The position numbers and the translations under genes were made by a program. From positions 1 to 64,000 of the IMG/VR virus record IMGVR_UViG_3300044631_002183: a stretch of DNA of 64,000 bases. The stretch is one strand, 5' to 3'. A model generated the notes under the pieces. That model ran no database searches, had not been told where the DNA came from, and saw only the letters and a list, made by a program, of their open reading frames with translations. Below, one piece after another: positions 39,501-49,004 of this stretch. This DNA comes from a virus. Each line of letters starts with the position of its first letter. Positions within the stretch are counted from its first letter, which is position 1.

Positions 39501-42500
39501 GAAAACCAATCTCTACATCTTCTATAAGATCTTTATCTGATGGTCTTTACGAAAACACAATTTCGATAAAAGAAGAAAACGAAAACCCTAAAAATTATGA
39601 GTCAAATTATGTTCTAGAAATAGCTGACAATGGACAATTAGTCAAGCAAAAGCCTTCTAGCTCTGTGCTAAATTCAATGGCGAGATTTAGCGACACAAGA
39701 AGATTAAGAATCACAAAAATCAAATATAATTTCTACACTAAAGATTTAGTTGTAATTGGAGACGCAGGATCACCATATTCTATTAATTTTAATGATGGTT
39801 GGGAATATGATTTGCAGTATAAATTGAAAGCAGGGACTTCCGGATCTTCTGGCAGCTCTGGTACATCTGGAACATCGGGTTCTTCTGGGGGCGGAGCTTC
39901 AGTGGATTGGACTATAATGTCTAAGGAGGGTCCGTTAACTAAGGATACAATTTCTAGCCAATACTCAATTATTTCTCCTTATTATTTCAGTGCGGAAGAC
40001 TTGGAGAGTCCGAATTTCTTGTCGATGGTTGCGTTTAAGACTAATTTGCCGATGTTCTTAGACGATCAAAACTATGAATTTAGAATACTAAAGAGAGAGA
40101 GGCTAGTAGTTTCTTCCGATTCTGCAAATGTAATTAAAAAGACTAATTTCTTGCCTATAAAAGTAGACTGGGACGAAGTGGCTGGATGCGGGTACTACAA
40201 CATCTATCAAAAAGATAGATACAATAACTTAACATTTTTGAGATCTGAACCTTCAGGAGTTAATAGCGTTTCATATGTAGTTCCTGATATAAGCCAAAAA
40301 AATGTAAATCTTGGCGTTTACAATTTTGGAGCAAATGGAAATAACTACTACGACATAATTGTTTCAGGAGTAAAATCAGCAATAGTTAAAGTCGAAGAAA
40401 CTCTTTCTGGCGAATATGGATTTGAAGTAGGAAATTCTGATTCAGACCAAAATAAGATAAGCAAACTATCTCAAGTTACAACCTACACTCCAGTTCTTGC
40501 CTCTGGGACTGCATACAGCCAGTTACTAGATTTCAATAATCCAGAGTCTAAGACTTCAGAATTCAAAATAGATCAAAATTACAATAATTATTACTTCGTC
40601 ACCGACAAGGCTGATGCTATCTTGTCTAATATTCCAAGCTCTTTTGAAGCTTATGTAATTAATACTGGTAATGCAAGTTGCAATGTTGATTCTACGTCAA
40701 TTAGCACCAATCAATATGCCAAGATATCAAATAATGGCGCTGTATCTTCTGCGTCTGCATCGGCATTGCCTTCATCATCTTTAGATTTGGTTGATTTAGA
40801 AGATGGAGATTCTTTATATTTAACTTCTAATGTAACAATATTAAACGCAACTGTAATATCGACTAAAACTCTTAATGTAATTAATGATTCAAGTTCTTCA
40901 ATAACAGTCACATTTGGTTCTACGGAAACAATAGCTGCTAATCAAACTAAGAGTTTAACTTTTAATGACGATGGATCTTCCAAGACAATAGTATTAAACA
41001 AAACCTATTCAAATATCGCAGCTCAAGATGCTGAAATTTATCATCCTAAAGATGGCTTTGTCAACTTCAATCATACTACTGGATCTTTTAGTTCAGCAGA
41101 TGTTTATAGCAATTTACCAGTGTATAATTTTTCACAAGAGACGCTGAAGATCAATAATTTAGTCGTAGCCCCTGACTCTTTCAATTATGTTTCGTGGAAT
41201 GGCTCTGTAGCTTCCAAGGCTCAAAAGAGTTATTTTGATGATTTAAAAATTTATCTTAAAGGTACAGAAACTACAGCGGACAGCATAAAGTTACTCAAAG
41301 ATGATTCAGAAATTATCTTATCTCAATTTGCTACGGCCTCAGGGATTACTAGAGAGTATTTTTTCCTGAAAGATGAATCTATAAATAGAGCCTTAAATAT
41401 CAAAATTACGAATGGTTCTGCCGTAGAAGTTCTTTCCAAGCAAAGACAAGACTTCAAATTGACTGTCAATAGAAATAACGACTCTTCAATTTCTTATTCT
41501 ATAATTTATCCATCTGGGAATCCATTCTTTGAGATTTCAAATTCTACAGAGCAGTTAGTATTGCTAAAAGGAAATCTTATACAAAATATTGATCTAAAGT
41601 CTCTGGATTCTGGATTAAAACAAGGTTCTTTCGTTTATTTTGTAAATAAAAATAGCTCTAACGTTTATTTCTATAGAGATAAGCAGGAAAACATAATCTA
41701 TACATTGGCTGAAAATCAAATAGCTAGAGCCATGTTATCGACTGTAGGATCTACTAGAATTGTAAGACTAGAGATCCTAAATGATGCTTTTAGTCATTTT
41801 TATTTTGACGCCAGTCAATACATAGATTCTCCAATAAATATCCTAGATTTAAATTTCTGCGCCACTCAGATTTCTTTACCTTCCGCTTCGCAGCTACATA
41901 ATAAAGATCTGTTCCTGGTTTGCAGAAATAGATTCATTCCGAATAAAATAAATAAAGAAAAAATTAAAGACGTAAATTCTATAGTTTCTACAGAAGATAA
42001 TCCTTCTACGCTGGAGATAAATGAGATAGGTGATTTGGCAAGTAATTCTATATCTTTAAGAGTATTCGAAAAAACATCAGGAGACGCTTTGCCTACAGTA
42101 GAAAGAACAAGTTTTTCTCAAAGAACATTCTTAGATCCAGAAGACCAAGTTTTAAGTGAAGATACTTCTAGATTTTTTTACATAAGAAATGAAGATGTAG
42201 ACACATTTACAATCAAAGACTTCTATAATAGAAAAAATGACTATAATGGCAAAATCTTCTTGCCAGTCTCGGATAAGTCTTTAGTGGTTCAATCGTTTGA
42301 TTCTGCCGATGGAAACAATCTATTCAGAGCGAGAAAGTCAAGTTCTATAGATTTTGATTATTCTCCAGATGGATATGTTAATGGAAGACTTCAAGTTTCC
42401 GCACCAGACGTTCTAGATTCTAAAATTTATAGCTACCAAAGCGAAGCGGGATCTACGGCGAAAGCCTTTCCGAATGCATTGGCGACAGATCAAATATTGA

Positions 42501-45500
42501 TGAACTTTGCTTATGATACAGTTACTGTATCAGTAGACTCTTCTACAGTTACTCTAAAGAAAAATAGATTGGTAAAAAATTCTGGAGCTAATTATGTATA
42601 TCCAATATATAATAAAAAAGAATTCTTCATAGCTCTAGTTAATTCCGAAAGAACTAACACAGTAGTCAATGGCGGAACAACTTTTTATTATGTAATAAAA
42701 TCAAATGTAATAGATGTAGATTCTATAGTGTTGCCAGATATTTCTGCTACGATTTCTTTTGCGATTAAAAATGAATCTGGAAGACCATATCAAGTTAAAA
42801 CATTAAGCGGCACGTATGTTTATTTATTAGCCCCAAATGATAAGAAACTATTCACTTATACAGGATCTCCATATACGGTAACAAATGATACGACAGATTT
42901 TGATGATCGTTCAGTAATAAATGAGCCGACTTCTATACAATCATCAAATCAGTATCTTGAATTAGATAGTGAACACCCATTGTCGTCTTTATGGAGTAGC
43001 TCTTTTGCTATTGATACTATAGAAAACGCTTTCATAGGAGAAACTGGAGATGAAACATCTATTTTGTTGACCAGCAGTGGCTTGGTGACAAATTATAGAA
43101 TATTTGATGTTTATTCTGCTGTTCCATCTTCCAATCTTGCGGTGATATATTGCTACGGAAGAAAGCCCGTGAATTTAACTTCAGTAGAAAAATACACTGT
43201 CAATGATTTTTATCTTTTCGTGAAACATAACGAGATAATAATCCGAAAAGAACAGTTCTATTTGTCCGAAGTCACAAAAACGCTAGAGCAATCAGTTTAC
43301 AATTTAAATATTATAGACACTCAGTATTTTGATTTAACTAAGTTGTTTGATTCTCAAAATACAATAAGCAATCTTCCAGATATAATTTTCGTTCCTATAA
43401 CAAAATACTCCTCTAAATTCTATTTGCCAAATTTAAGCGTAGACATTGATGGATCTACCCTAGGGTCTTTGATATCTACAAAGAGAATATTATTTGTAAA
43501 TCTGATTAAGTCAGACGCTTCGGGAGCGAACTCAATATATAATTATTCTGATAGCACAACTACTAATTTATTAGATATCAATTCTTTAGCTTTGTTTAAG
43601 ATACAAAGCGGGCAATGGGTGAAAGAAACCTCCAGCTTGCCTCAAGTCAAGAAAGTATTTCCTACTATAAAAAACATAAAAGGAATTTCAGGGCTTTCCA
43701 CAACAGAAGTGTCTAGTGGTAAAGAATTTGTTTATCTTCCGAATTTTAATAGATTTAATGTAGATCAAAATAGATTCGAAGATCGTTCTTTTAGAGATTT
43801 TTACGTCTTTAATTCTTGCAAGTATAGAATGTATGTAGGCTCTAATAATTCTATGTTAGGAACTGGAGCTTTCACAAAAGTATCTAGAGATTTCACTCAA
43901 AATTTATTTTTGGGTGTTGATTTAGATTTGAATGCTTCTTCTATATTTTCTGTTGTTAATTTTAATTATGCCGAAGGAAGAGCTCCTGAAAATCTTACAA
44001 ATGTTGTTAACTCTTCATTTCCAAATTTAAAATTCGGCACAAAAATAAAAGCGATCCAAACAGTTGGAAACAGTTCGGAGACTCATTTTTTTGAGTATAA
44101 CGCTAATGGAATCGCAAATGAAATAGAAATACAAAATAAGAACTATGGAATATTAGATGTAAAAGATTTGTTAGATTATTCTCCAAATAATAAACTTTTC
44201 GTTTTTGGGTCTTCCCAAATAAATGATACAGGTAATTATTTTGATTCTTACTATTTAAAATTACTCAGAGCCACTCAATTGGGGTCTGAAAAATTCTACG
44301 TCTATAATAATACGCCTTTCTTTTTATCAGTTTATTTTGATTCAGAAGTAGAGTTATCTCTGCTTGTTCCACCAAGAATTTTGGCAGAGGTTAGTAATTC
44401 TGGATTAAGATTTTTGGATGCTTATGAAAAAGGCAAGCTTACAATCTCCAAAAAACAAACTAATGTAAACTATATTTTAAAATCAGATTTAAAGTTATCA
44501 ATAAATGGATTGCTAGACTATACAAATTTTAGAGATGGGCAAGAAGACGCAGATCAAGTAAAAAACATCTTGATAACCAACATGGTAAAAGATGAGCAAT
44601 ACGTGGACTGCTCTTATTTTACCTCCGATAAGATATTTATAGATAGCGCATTTGATAATTTTAAAACAGTATCGATGCCAAGTTTGGGTTCTATGGCTAT
44701 ATCAAGCTCTACTGTAATTAAAAATATAATCAAACCAGTATATAGCATAAACTCAGCCGGACATTATTTGTTTAATGACAATAATAATGACATCTCAGTA
44801 AGCATTCCAGCTTCTGGAGAAGTGTTTTTAATAAATAATTGTCCAAGAGATATATTCGTAAATATACTAAGCCCAGAAAGAAGCAGGGGTAAACTTTACA
44901 GGAATTCTGTTCTTGTTTTGAAGGTGGTTGATACAAATAAAGTAAGCTTAAGATACCTCAAGAAATCAAAAGCTAGAGACGAGTTCTATTGCGTTTTTAA
45001 TCCAAACACAGCCATCTCGACGCAAAGAGAAATAACTCTAAAATTGGGAATAATAAGAAACGAAGATCTATTACCTATATTAGACGACGATCAAGTAGAG
45101 CAAAAATCATATGTTAAACTATTAGCCAAGGATGGTTCTTCTAGCAAAATAAATTTAGCACTGCGCAATTACTACAATGGTAAGGATATACCAACGGATT
45201 CGCCGAATAATGTTGTTGGGTATGAAGTAGGAATAGGGCATGAGACAATTTATAGATTCTTGTTTTTTGATGCTTCTACATCTACCTACACATTGCCAGG
45301 AATCCAAAAAGGAATAAAATATCAAGTAAGCATCGATAAGAGCTTCTTCGACAATATAAATATAAGCACAAACAACTCATTCACCAACACGAAAGAAATT
45401 CCATTCTTGAAATATGATGGAAATATTTATGGCGATGGCGATACATTTGAAGGAAATGGAGTGGAAGTCTATGAAATAAAATATCCAAATTTTGTAAGAC

Positions 45501-46222
45501 TATATAAAGTAGTGGAGGATATAAATAGACCATTCACTGAAGCAGAGACTAAGGGCGAAGAAAATGGTATAGATCCCAGTATAACGGAAGAAGAGCAGGT
45601 TTTAACCAGCGAGCTGGAATTGTTCAAAGAAGCGATTCTAGGCCAGTATAGGGAAGCTGCAAAAAGCATCATAACTTGGATACCTGAAAAATACTCAGCA
45701 TTTTGGTTAGAGTCAAACTACTCTGACGATTGGTGGGTTTTAGATAAAATAGATGCGACTCAAACATTAACTATAGCTTTACCAAATACAAGTAAAACAA
45801 TAACATTCACAAAATGCCAAATTAAAAAGACAGGATTGAAAACTACCCTTTTCAAATATGACTACTCTTATTATTCAGCTTTACAAACAGTGAGGCAGAT
45901 GCCAAATAATAAAGACTTGACTATAGGATTAGATGCTGATTTAAATCCGACCCAGATACAAAGAATCAAAATTTTATTAGGTCAAGAGCAAGACGCTCAA
46001 GACACATTATTACCTAAGAGCCAAATGGAAATAGGAGGTCTTTATATTGCAAGTCTTTTCCCAGATTCTGAATTGGTGAGAAATAGCGAAATAACATCTC
46101 CTGCTATAATAAACTCTGATTTTAATGTTACTGTTTCCGTAAGCAAACTAAAAAATATGCCAGACATTTCTTTCCAAGATTTCTCTGAATCATCTATAAT
46201 TAAAATAATAAACAAAAAATAG
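36566..46222 (+). CDS. giant putative tail fibre / adsorption protein (3218 aa)
   Basis: Uninterrupted ORF; FN3-like segments (VDWDEVAGCGYYNIYQ); many degenerate beta-sandwich repeats; Gly/Ser tract. Confidence 0.6.
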   Translation: MSVETDNKDFITTALSAVGPSLTPDFSKYTYGLWVSFFENPNHSENGYTVPKPLVEDIVASKFAVTGKRFSIINYEGEAPKARFFLTEGFLGLDGYDYLRDFEITDRFISGSNPNVIMPDMDYAGKVYRRYEITGLTKSKSTNNDILTVSGEDWAQTSIPVSANNTDNIYTYTDSGYSGYRNEVTTRYKFLYNDSGNSLVQDSSIFEIPFQLENQSSLKYRISRASEPLGIYDFAELTADGKAIIDYSKYKEEVSGTIDGQIVYNFEPISQLSFGSGEFNDILEKNITNRKKIYDPSLTGFSISKSNNLFKFALQSTGNFDDIYKVDVSVERFNLKDKPNISGYVMSSYDIGDGPVTISLSSGLNVFPRVNEDGSPFGYDNLQDLIDVEQIAESEKYAQDIQIPDAGDEEDESQLSKAIEDNFSATIKAINGEFEEDPQDNRDGEAWEVRSQIDSNDEEYLTQQNNEIQYYKTALPNFPLPKKIITKDFYSNYINSGESYIVTPLASYGLDPTFTACGDQFGVLGYYINESEVPGQESVFRTVVNSTCDGLYIDATGFCKGDSAIYDNKRYKTDGLKIQNGLVTQITESGVISKDAFINQESWLKAINYFYTKNYVASFNVYPSLPEASYNTLFSQALREVNERIGGPVGSNDSSSFYSNGARNPRIFVEREIYTNSYRRDESFEINQAITSGVYTPSDADLANEEVEKLYCVHTYEPSDESSFVKDKQAYFYPVQDYKEDVTFRKFLETSAAGLSYTTGENFGTVSFIDGDGDPDKLFRLEYVTGNAFSYNGVSSSIAWSGPATPASNISIIDQNTKNYSYHLYGYNNNSDILSFLDSNVISGDSVSSNSFSNLAVVKFVKQGLTDSVFRIEKDEDNTKVTLSSLNLSVADAAGNLLAPSKVRVNIQTYNYKVQSNVENHQWTVFNQNPINNNIYGDRKTNNLSEPRFFQDDAEDTKDVLSTLFFFPNGPYTSKNYEGKPISTSSIRSLSDGLYENTISIKEENENPKNYESNYVLEIADNGQLVKQKPSSSVLNSMARFSDTRRLRITKIKYNFYTKDLVVIGDAGSPYSINFNDGWEYDLQYKLKAGTSGSSGSSGTSGTSGSSGGGASVDWTIMSKEGPLTKDTISSQYSIISPYYFSAEDLESPNFLSMVAFKTNLPMFLDDQNYEFRILKRERLVVSSDSANVIKKTNFLPIKVDWDEVAGCGYYNIYQKDRYNNLTFLRSEPSGVNSVSYVVPDISQKNVNLGVYNFGANGNNYYDIIVSGVKSAIVKVEETLSGEYGFEVGNSDSDQNKISKLSQVTTYTPVLASGTAYSQLLDFNNPESKTSEFKIDQNYNNYYFVTDKADAILSNIPSSFEAYVINTGNASCNVDSTSISTNQYAKISNNGAVSSASASALPSSSLDLVDLEDGDSLYLTSNVTILNATVISTKTLNVINDSSSSITVTFGSTETIAANQTKSLTFNDDGSSKTIVLNKTYSNIAAQDAEIYHPKDGFVNFNHTTGSFSSADVYSNLPVYNFSQETLKINNLVVAPDSFNYVSWNGSVASKAQKSYFDDLKIYLKGTETTADSIKLLKDDSEIILSQFATASGITREYFFLKDESINRALNIKITNGSAVEVLSKQRQDFKLTVNRNNDSSISYSIIYPSGNPFFEISNSTEQLVLLKGNLIQNIDLKSLDSGLKQGSFVYFVNKNSSNVYFYRDKQENIIYTLAENQIARAMLSTVGSTRIVRLEILNDAFSHFYFDASQYIDSPINILDLNFCATQISLPSASQLHNKDLFLVCRNRFIPNKINKEKIKDVNSIVSTEDNPSTLEINEIGDLASNSISLRVFEKTSGDALPTVERTSFSQRTFLDPEDQVLSEDTSRFFYIRNEDVDTFTIKDFYNRKNDYNGKIFLPVSDKSLVVQSFDSADGNNLFRARKSSSIDFDYSPDGYVNGRLQVSAPDVLDSKIYSYQSEAGSTAKAFPNALATDQILMNFAYDTVTVSVDSSTVTLKKNRLVKNSGANYVYPIYNKKEFFIALVNSERTNTVVNGGTTFYYVIKSNVIDVDSIVLPDISATISFAIKNESGRPYQVKTLSGTYVYLLAPNDKKLFTYTGSPYTVTNDTTDFDDRSVINEPTSIQSSNQYLELDSEHPLSSLWSSSFAIDTIENAFIGETGDETSILLTSSGLVTNYRIFDVYSAVPSSNLAVIYCYGRKPVNLTSVEKYTVNDFYLFVKHNEIIIRKEQFYLSEVTKTLEQSVYNLNIIDTQYFDLTKLFDSQNTISNLPDIIFVPITKYSSKFYLPNLSVDIDGSTLGSLISTKRILFVNLIKSDASGANSIYNYSDSTTTNLLDINSLALFKIQSGQWVKETSSLPQVKKVFPTIKNIKGISGLSTTEVSSGKEFVYLPNFNRFNVDQNRFEDRSFRDFYVFNSCKYRMYVGSNNSMLGTGAFTKVSRDFTQNLFLGVDLDLNASSIFSVVNFNYAEGRAPENLTNVVNSSFPNLKFGTKIKAIQTVGNSSETHFFEYNANGIANEIEIQNKNYGILDVKDLLDYSPNNKLFVFGSSQINDTGNYFDSYYLKLLRATQLGSEKFYVYNNTPFFLSVYFDSEVELSLLVPPRILAEVSNSGLRFLDAYEKGKLTISKKQTNVNYILKSDLKLSINGLLDYTNFRDGQEDADQVKNILITNMVKDEQYVDCSYFTSDKIFIDSAFDNFKTVSMPSLGSMAISSSTVIKNIIKPVYSINSAGHYLFNDNNNDISVSIPASGEVFLINNCPRDIFVNILSPERSRGKLYRNSVLVLKVVDTNKVSLRYLKKSKARDEFYCVFNPNTAISTQREITLKLGIIRNEDLLPILDDDQVEQKSYVKLLAKDGSSSKINLALRNYYNGKDIPTDSPNNVVGYEVGIGHETIYRFLFFDASTSTYTLPGIQKGIKYQVSIDKSFFDNINISTNNSFTNTKEIPFLKYDGNIYGDGDTFEGNGVEVYEIKYPNFVRLYKVVEDINRPFTEAETKGEENGIDPSITEEEQVLTSELELFKEAILGQYREAAKSIITWIPEKYSAFWLESNYSDDWWVLDKIDATQTLTIALPNTSKTITFTKCQIKKTGLKTTLFKYDYSYYSALQTVRQMPNNKDLTIGLDADLNPTQIQRIKILLGQEQDAQDTLLPKSQMEIGGLYIASLFPDSELVRNSEITSPAIINSDFNVTVSVSKLKNMPDISFQDFSESSIIKIINKK
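39833..39901 (+). repeat. G-(S/T)-S triplet low-complexity tract
   Basis: GTSGSSGSSGTSGTSGSSGGGAS encoded with varied codons. Confidence 0.85.
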
Positions 46223-46223
46223 T

Positions 46224-49004
46224 ATGTCGTATTTTTATTTAAGATCAGATTTTTTTGGAGATGGAGCTCTTTCTGGAGACGCCTTTGGATCTCTATTCCA
46301 AGACAATCAATATCTAGTAGTAAGCTCGGAAAATTTTAATAATAGTGCGTTTATAAGAAATATTTCGGCCAGATATTTGGAGAGTATTAATATTGTAAAT
46401 AATGGTTCAATTTTATATCAAGAGCCTATTGGTTTGGCAAATAATGGGGCCGCTTTTGATGTTCTTAATTTATATTTACTTTCTGCTTATAAAGCTGGCC
46501 AGTTAAATTGCGTCAGCGAAGATACTAGGAATACACTATCAAATGCGCAATTAAAAAGTCCTGTTTATATAAATAATATATCTCTTTTAGGAGACGACAA
46601 AACAATATCTTATAATGTTTTAGTTTATTCTTATGAAGGGGCTGTTGTGAATAAGGCTTACCATAGAATGCTGCCGTCTGGCGATGGAAGCTCCGCTACA
46701 ATGCTATCTATAAATATGACTGCTGAAGAAATCCAGAAAGTTCCGACGAATAATATATATACAAACTATAGCAATTGTAAGGTTCTAAATTTGCTTATTG
46801 AATCTTCTAATAACACAGGATATTTTTACTATAAAAATTTAATAATTATAGAAGACAAGTCGCTAGATTACTTGGAAGATTTTTCTGGAAAATTTTACTA
46901 TGACGCAGGGACTCAAAGATATTATTTAGATGATGCTCTCACAGAATGCTCTGTGAAGGTTTACGATTACTATCATCCATATATTCTTTTAGTGTCTTCA
47001 GATGCGTGGGCTTCCAAAAGCGTATTCCATGGGCCTGTAAAATTGCAATTAGAAACTACAAATGACACAGCTTTAGATGACGTATCATCAGAAATCAGTT
47101 ATTTATATGTTAATATATGCAACTCTTCTACCACTGTAGCTAATAATAATACAATTTCATGCACTAGTAATGCTGGAGAAGTTTCTGTTAATGTAAATGG
47201 AGTGATTAAGCTTTTTGATGATCAGCAAATTTGTCCAATTAATGGAACAGCAAAAACTGTAATCGCAGTATTTTCTTTAAAGCCTTTGGAAACTTTAACT
47301 TTATACAAAGATTTCTCTTCAATAACTACAGTAAAATCAGACGTTTGGGGCTATAATTTTAGATACATAAAATACTACGACGGAACAAATTACTATTCAT
47401 TTAAAGATAATGGTAGCGTTGCTTCAGCTACGGTGCATTACATCGATGAAACTTTGGACCTGTCTAAATATTTTAGCATAAAAGAAGTTTCAGATGGTTT
47501 AACATTATCAGACGCTGGGAAAATAGAGGCAATAACTTTAGCATTTAAAGTCTATAAAATAGCGACAACAGATGCTGATGCAACTGATTATTACATAGAT
47601 ATACCCATAAATGTATTATCTCCAGAAATTATATCTATAGAAGAAGACACGGAAACAAGTCTAATAACAATAAAAACAAATTACGCTACAAGGCTAACTT
47701 ATAAATTCAATGATGAATCAAGCATTTCTGTTAGCGTAACGGATACGGCGGATGGTACTAATCAAACGACAGCCATAAGCTCTAGTGGTAAATTTGGAAC
47801 TTTTTATTGTAAAGCTTTTAATTATTATTATGATTTCCAAGGACTGATTAGACAGCTTTATTCTTCAGAAGAAAAATCTTTAGAGCTTATAAGAACCATA
47901 ACCATTCCGTCTTTTACTTTGACAGTAAAAATAGGAGCATCTACAAAAACAATATACGATAGCCAAGGAGGATCGCAATCTTCTTTAGCTTTTACTAATC
48001 TGGCACAAGATGCAATGTATACATATACTGTATATTCTGATTATATTACAGATACTGGAGATTATACTTTTCAACTTGCGTATAGTTTATCTAACACTCA
48101 ATATTCATCAATATTTTTAAGGTTTGGAAATAATCCTACTTTACATCCAATGATTTTGTCTGGAGGAGTGTCAAAATACATCATATCAAAAAAAGATTTA
48201 TTTGAGTCTTTGGATGTGAATAATGGCATTACTCTTTCTTTCTTGGCTGATAAAAAAGTTGCGTTTGATTTCCCATTTACATTTTTGAATACATCGCAAG
48301 CTAATCTTCCAGTCTGCAATGCCTTTTCTTTATCTACAGTGCAGTTAACTTATCCACAAGTTTCAATAGGATTTACTTTATCTTATACCTATGCAGATGA
48401 AATACAATACTCAGTAATAGATCAGGATGGAAATATTCTAAATCAAATAGTAATAAGAGAAAGATTCAGAGACATAGAGTCTTATTTTTTGCTAGGAACA
48501 ACTAGGCAGAGAACTATACAAGTTAATAATCTCGTTCTAAATGAAAGCGTCACTTCTTTGAGAGTCTCTGCTACAGCTAGTAATTTATATTCTGCTGCTG
48601 ATCCTACAAGAAGAGAAGATACAGAAATCTCTAGCCCAACATACTATTTACCATTAAAGATAGGTGAGGCAGAGGTTGTTTTATATTCTGACTCTGGGCT
48701 AACTAATGAATTAACTGAAATAGTTAAGGGGCAAGAATTTCGGGCTTTTCTTCAAATTAAAGATATCAATGGAACTGTAGTACCATCAGGCAATTATCCT
48801 AGTTATATAGCTGCGGGTTATCAGCCAGAGATTTTTATTTTAGAGTCAAGAGGTGACGCTAATAATGATCTAGAAGGTGTAATTTCAAGTAGAGTGGATA
48901 ACTATACTTTTAAATTTACAATAAATAATGGAAGTAAATTTGATGACACTGCGGCAGTGTTTCAAGCTCAATACATTCCAGTAATTGATCCGGAGATTGT
49001 CTAA
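46224..49004 (+). CDS. tail-associated beta-rich protein (926 aa), Ig/FN3-like C-terminal half
   Basis: Long Tyr/Ser/Thr-rich ORF with beta-strand periodicity; position. Confidence 0.5.
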   Translation: MSYFYLRSDFFGDGALSGDAFGSLFQDNQYLVVSSENFNNSAFIRNISARYLESINIVNNGSILYQEPIGLANNGAAFDVLNLYLLSAYKAGQLNCVSEDTRNTLSNAQLKSPVYINNISLLGDDKTISYNVLVYSYEGAVVNKAYHRMLPSGDGSSATMLSINMTAEEIQKVPTNNIYTNYSNCKVLNLLIESSNNTGYFYYKNLIIIEDKSLDYLEDFSGKFYYDAGTQRYYLDDALTECSVKVYDYYHPYILLVSSDAWASKSVFHGPVKLQLETTNDTALDDVSSEISYLYVNICNSSTTVANNNTISCTSNAGEVSVNVNGVIKLFDDQQICPINGTAKTVIAVFSLKPLETLTLYKDFSSITTVKSDVWGYNFRYIKYYDGTNYYSFKDNGSVASATVHYIDETLDLSKYFSIKEVSDGLTLSDAGKIEAITLAFKVYKIATTDADATDYYIDIPINVLSPEIISIEEDTETSLITIKTNYATRLTYKFNDESSISVSVTDTADGTNQTTAISSSGKFGTFYCKAFNYYYDFQGLIRQLYSSEEKSLELIRTITIPSFTLTVKIGASTKTIYDSQGGSQSSLAFTNLAQDAMYTYTVYSDYITDTGDYTFQLAYSLSNTQYSSIFLRFGNNPTLHPMILSGGVSKYIISKKDLFESLDVNNGITLSFLADKKVAFDFPFTFLNTSQANLPVCNAFSLSTVQLTYPQVSIGFTLSYTYADEIQYSVIDQDGNILNQIVIRERFRDIESYFLLGTTRQRTIQVNNLVLNESVTSLRVSATASNLYSAADPTRREDTEISSPTYYLPLKIGEAEVVLYSDSGLTNELTEIVKGQEFRAFLQIKDINGTVVPSGNYPSYIAAGYQPEIFILESRGDANNDLEGVISSRVDNYTFKFTINNGSKFDDTAAVFQAQYIPVIDPEIV

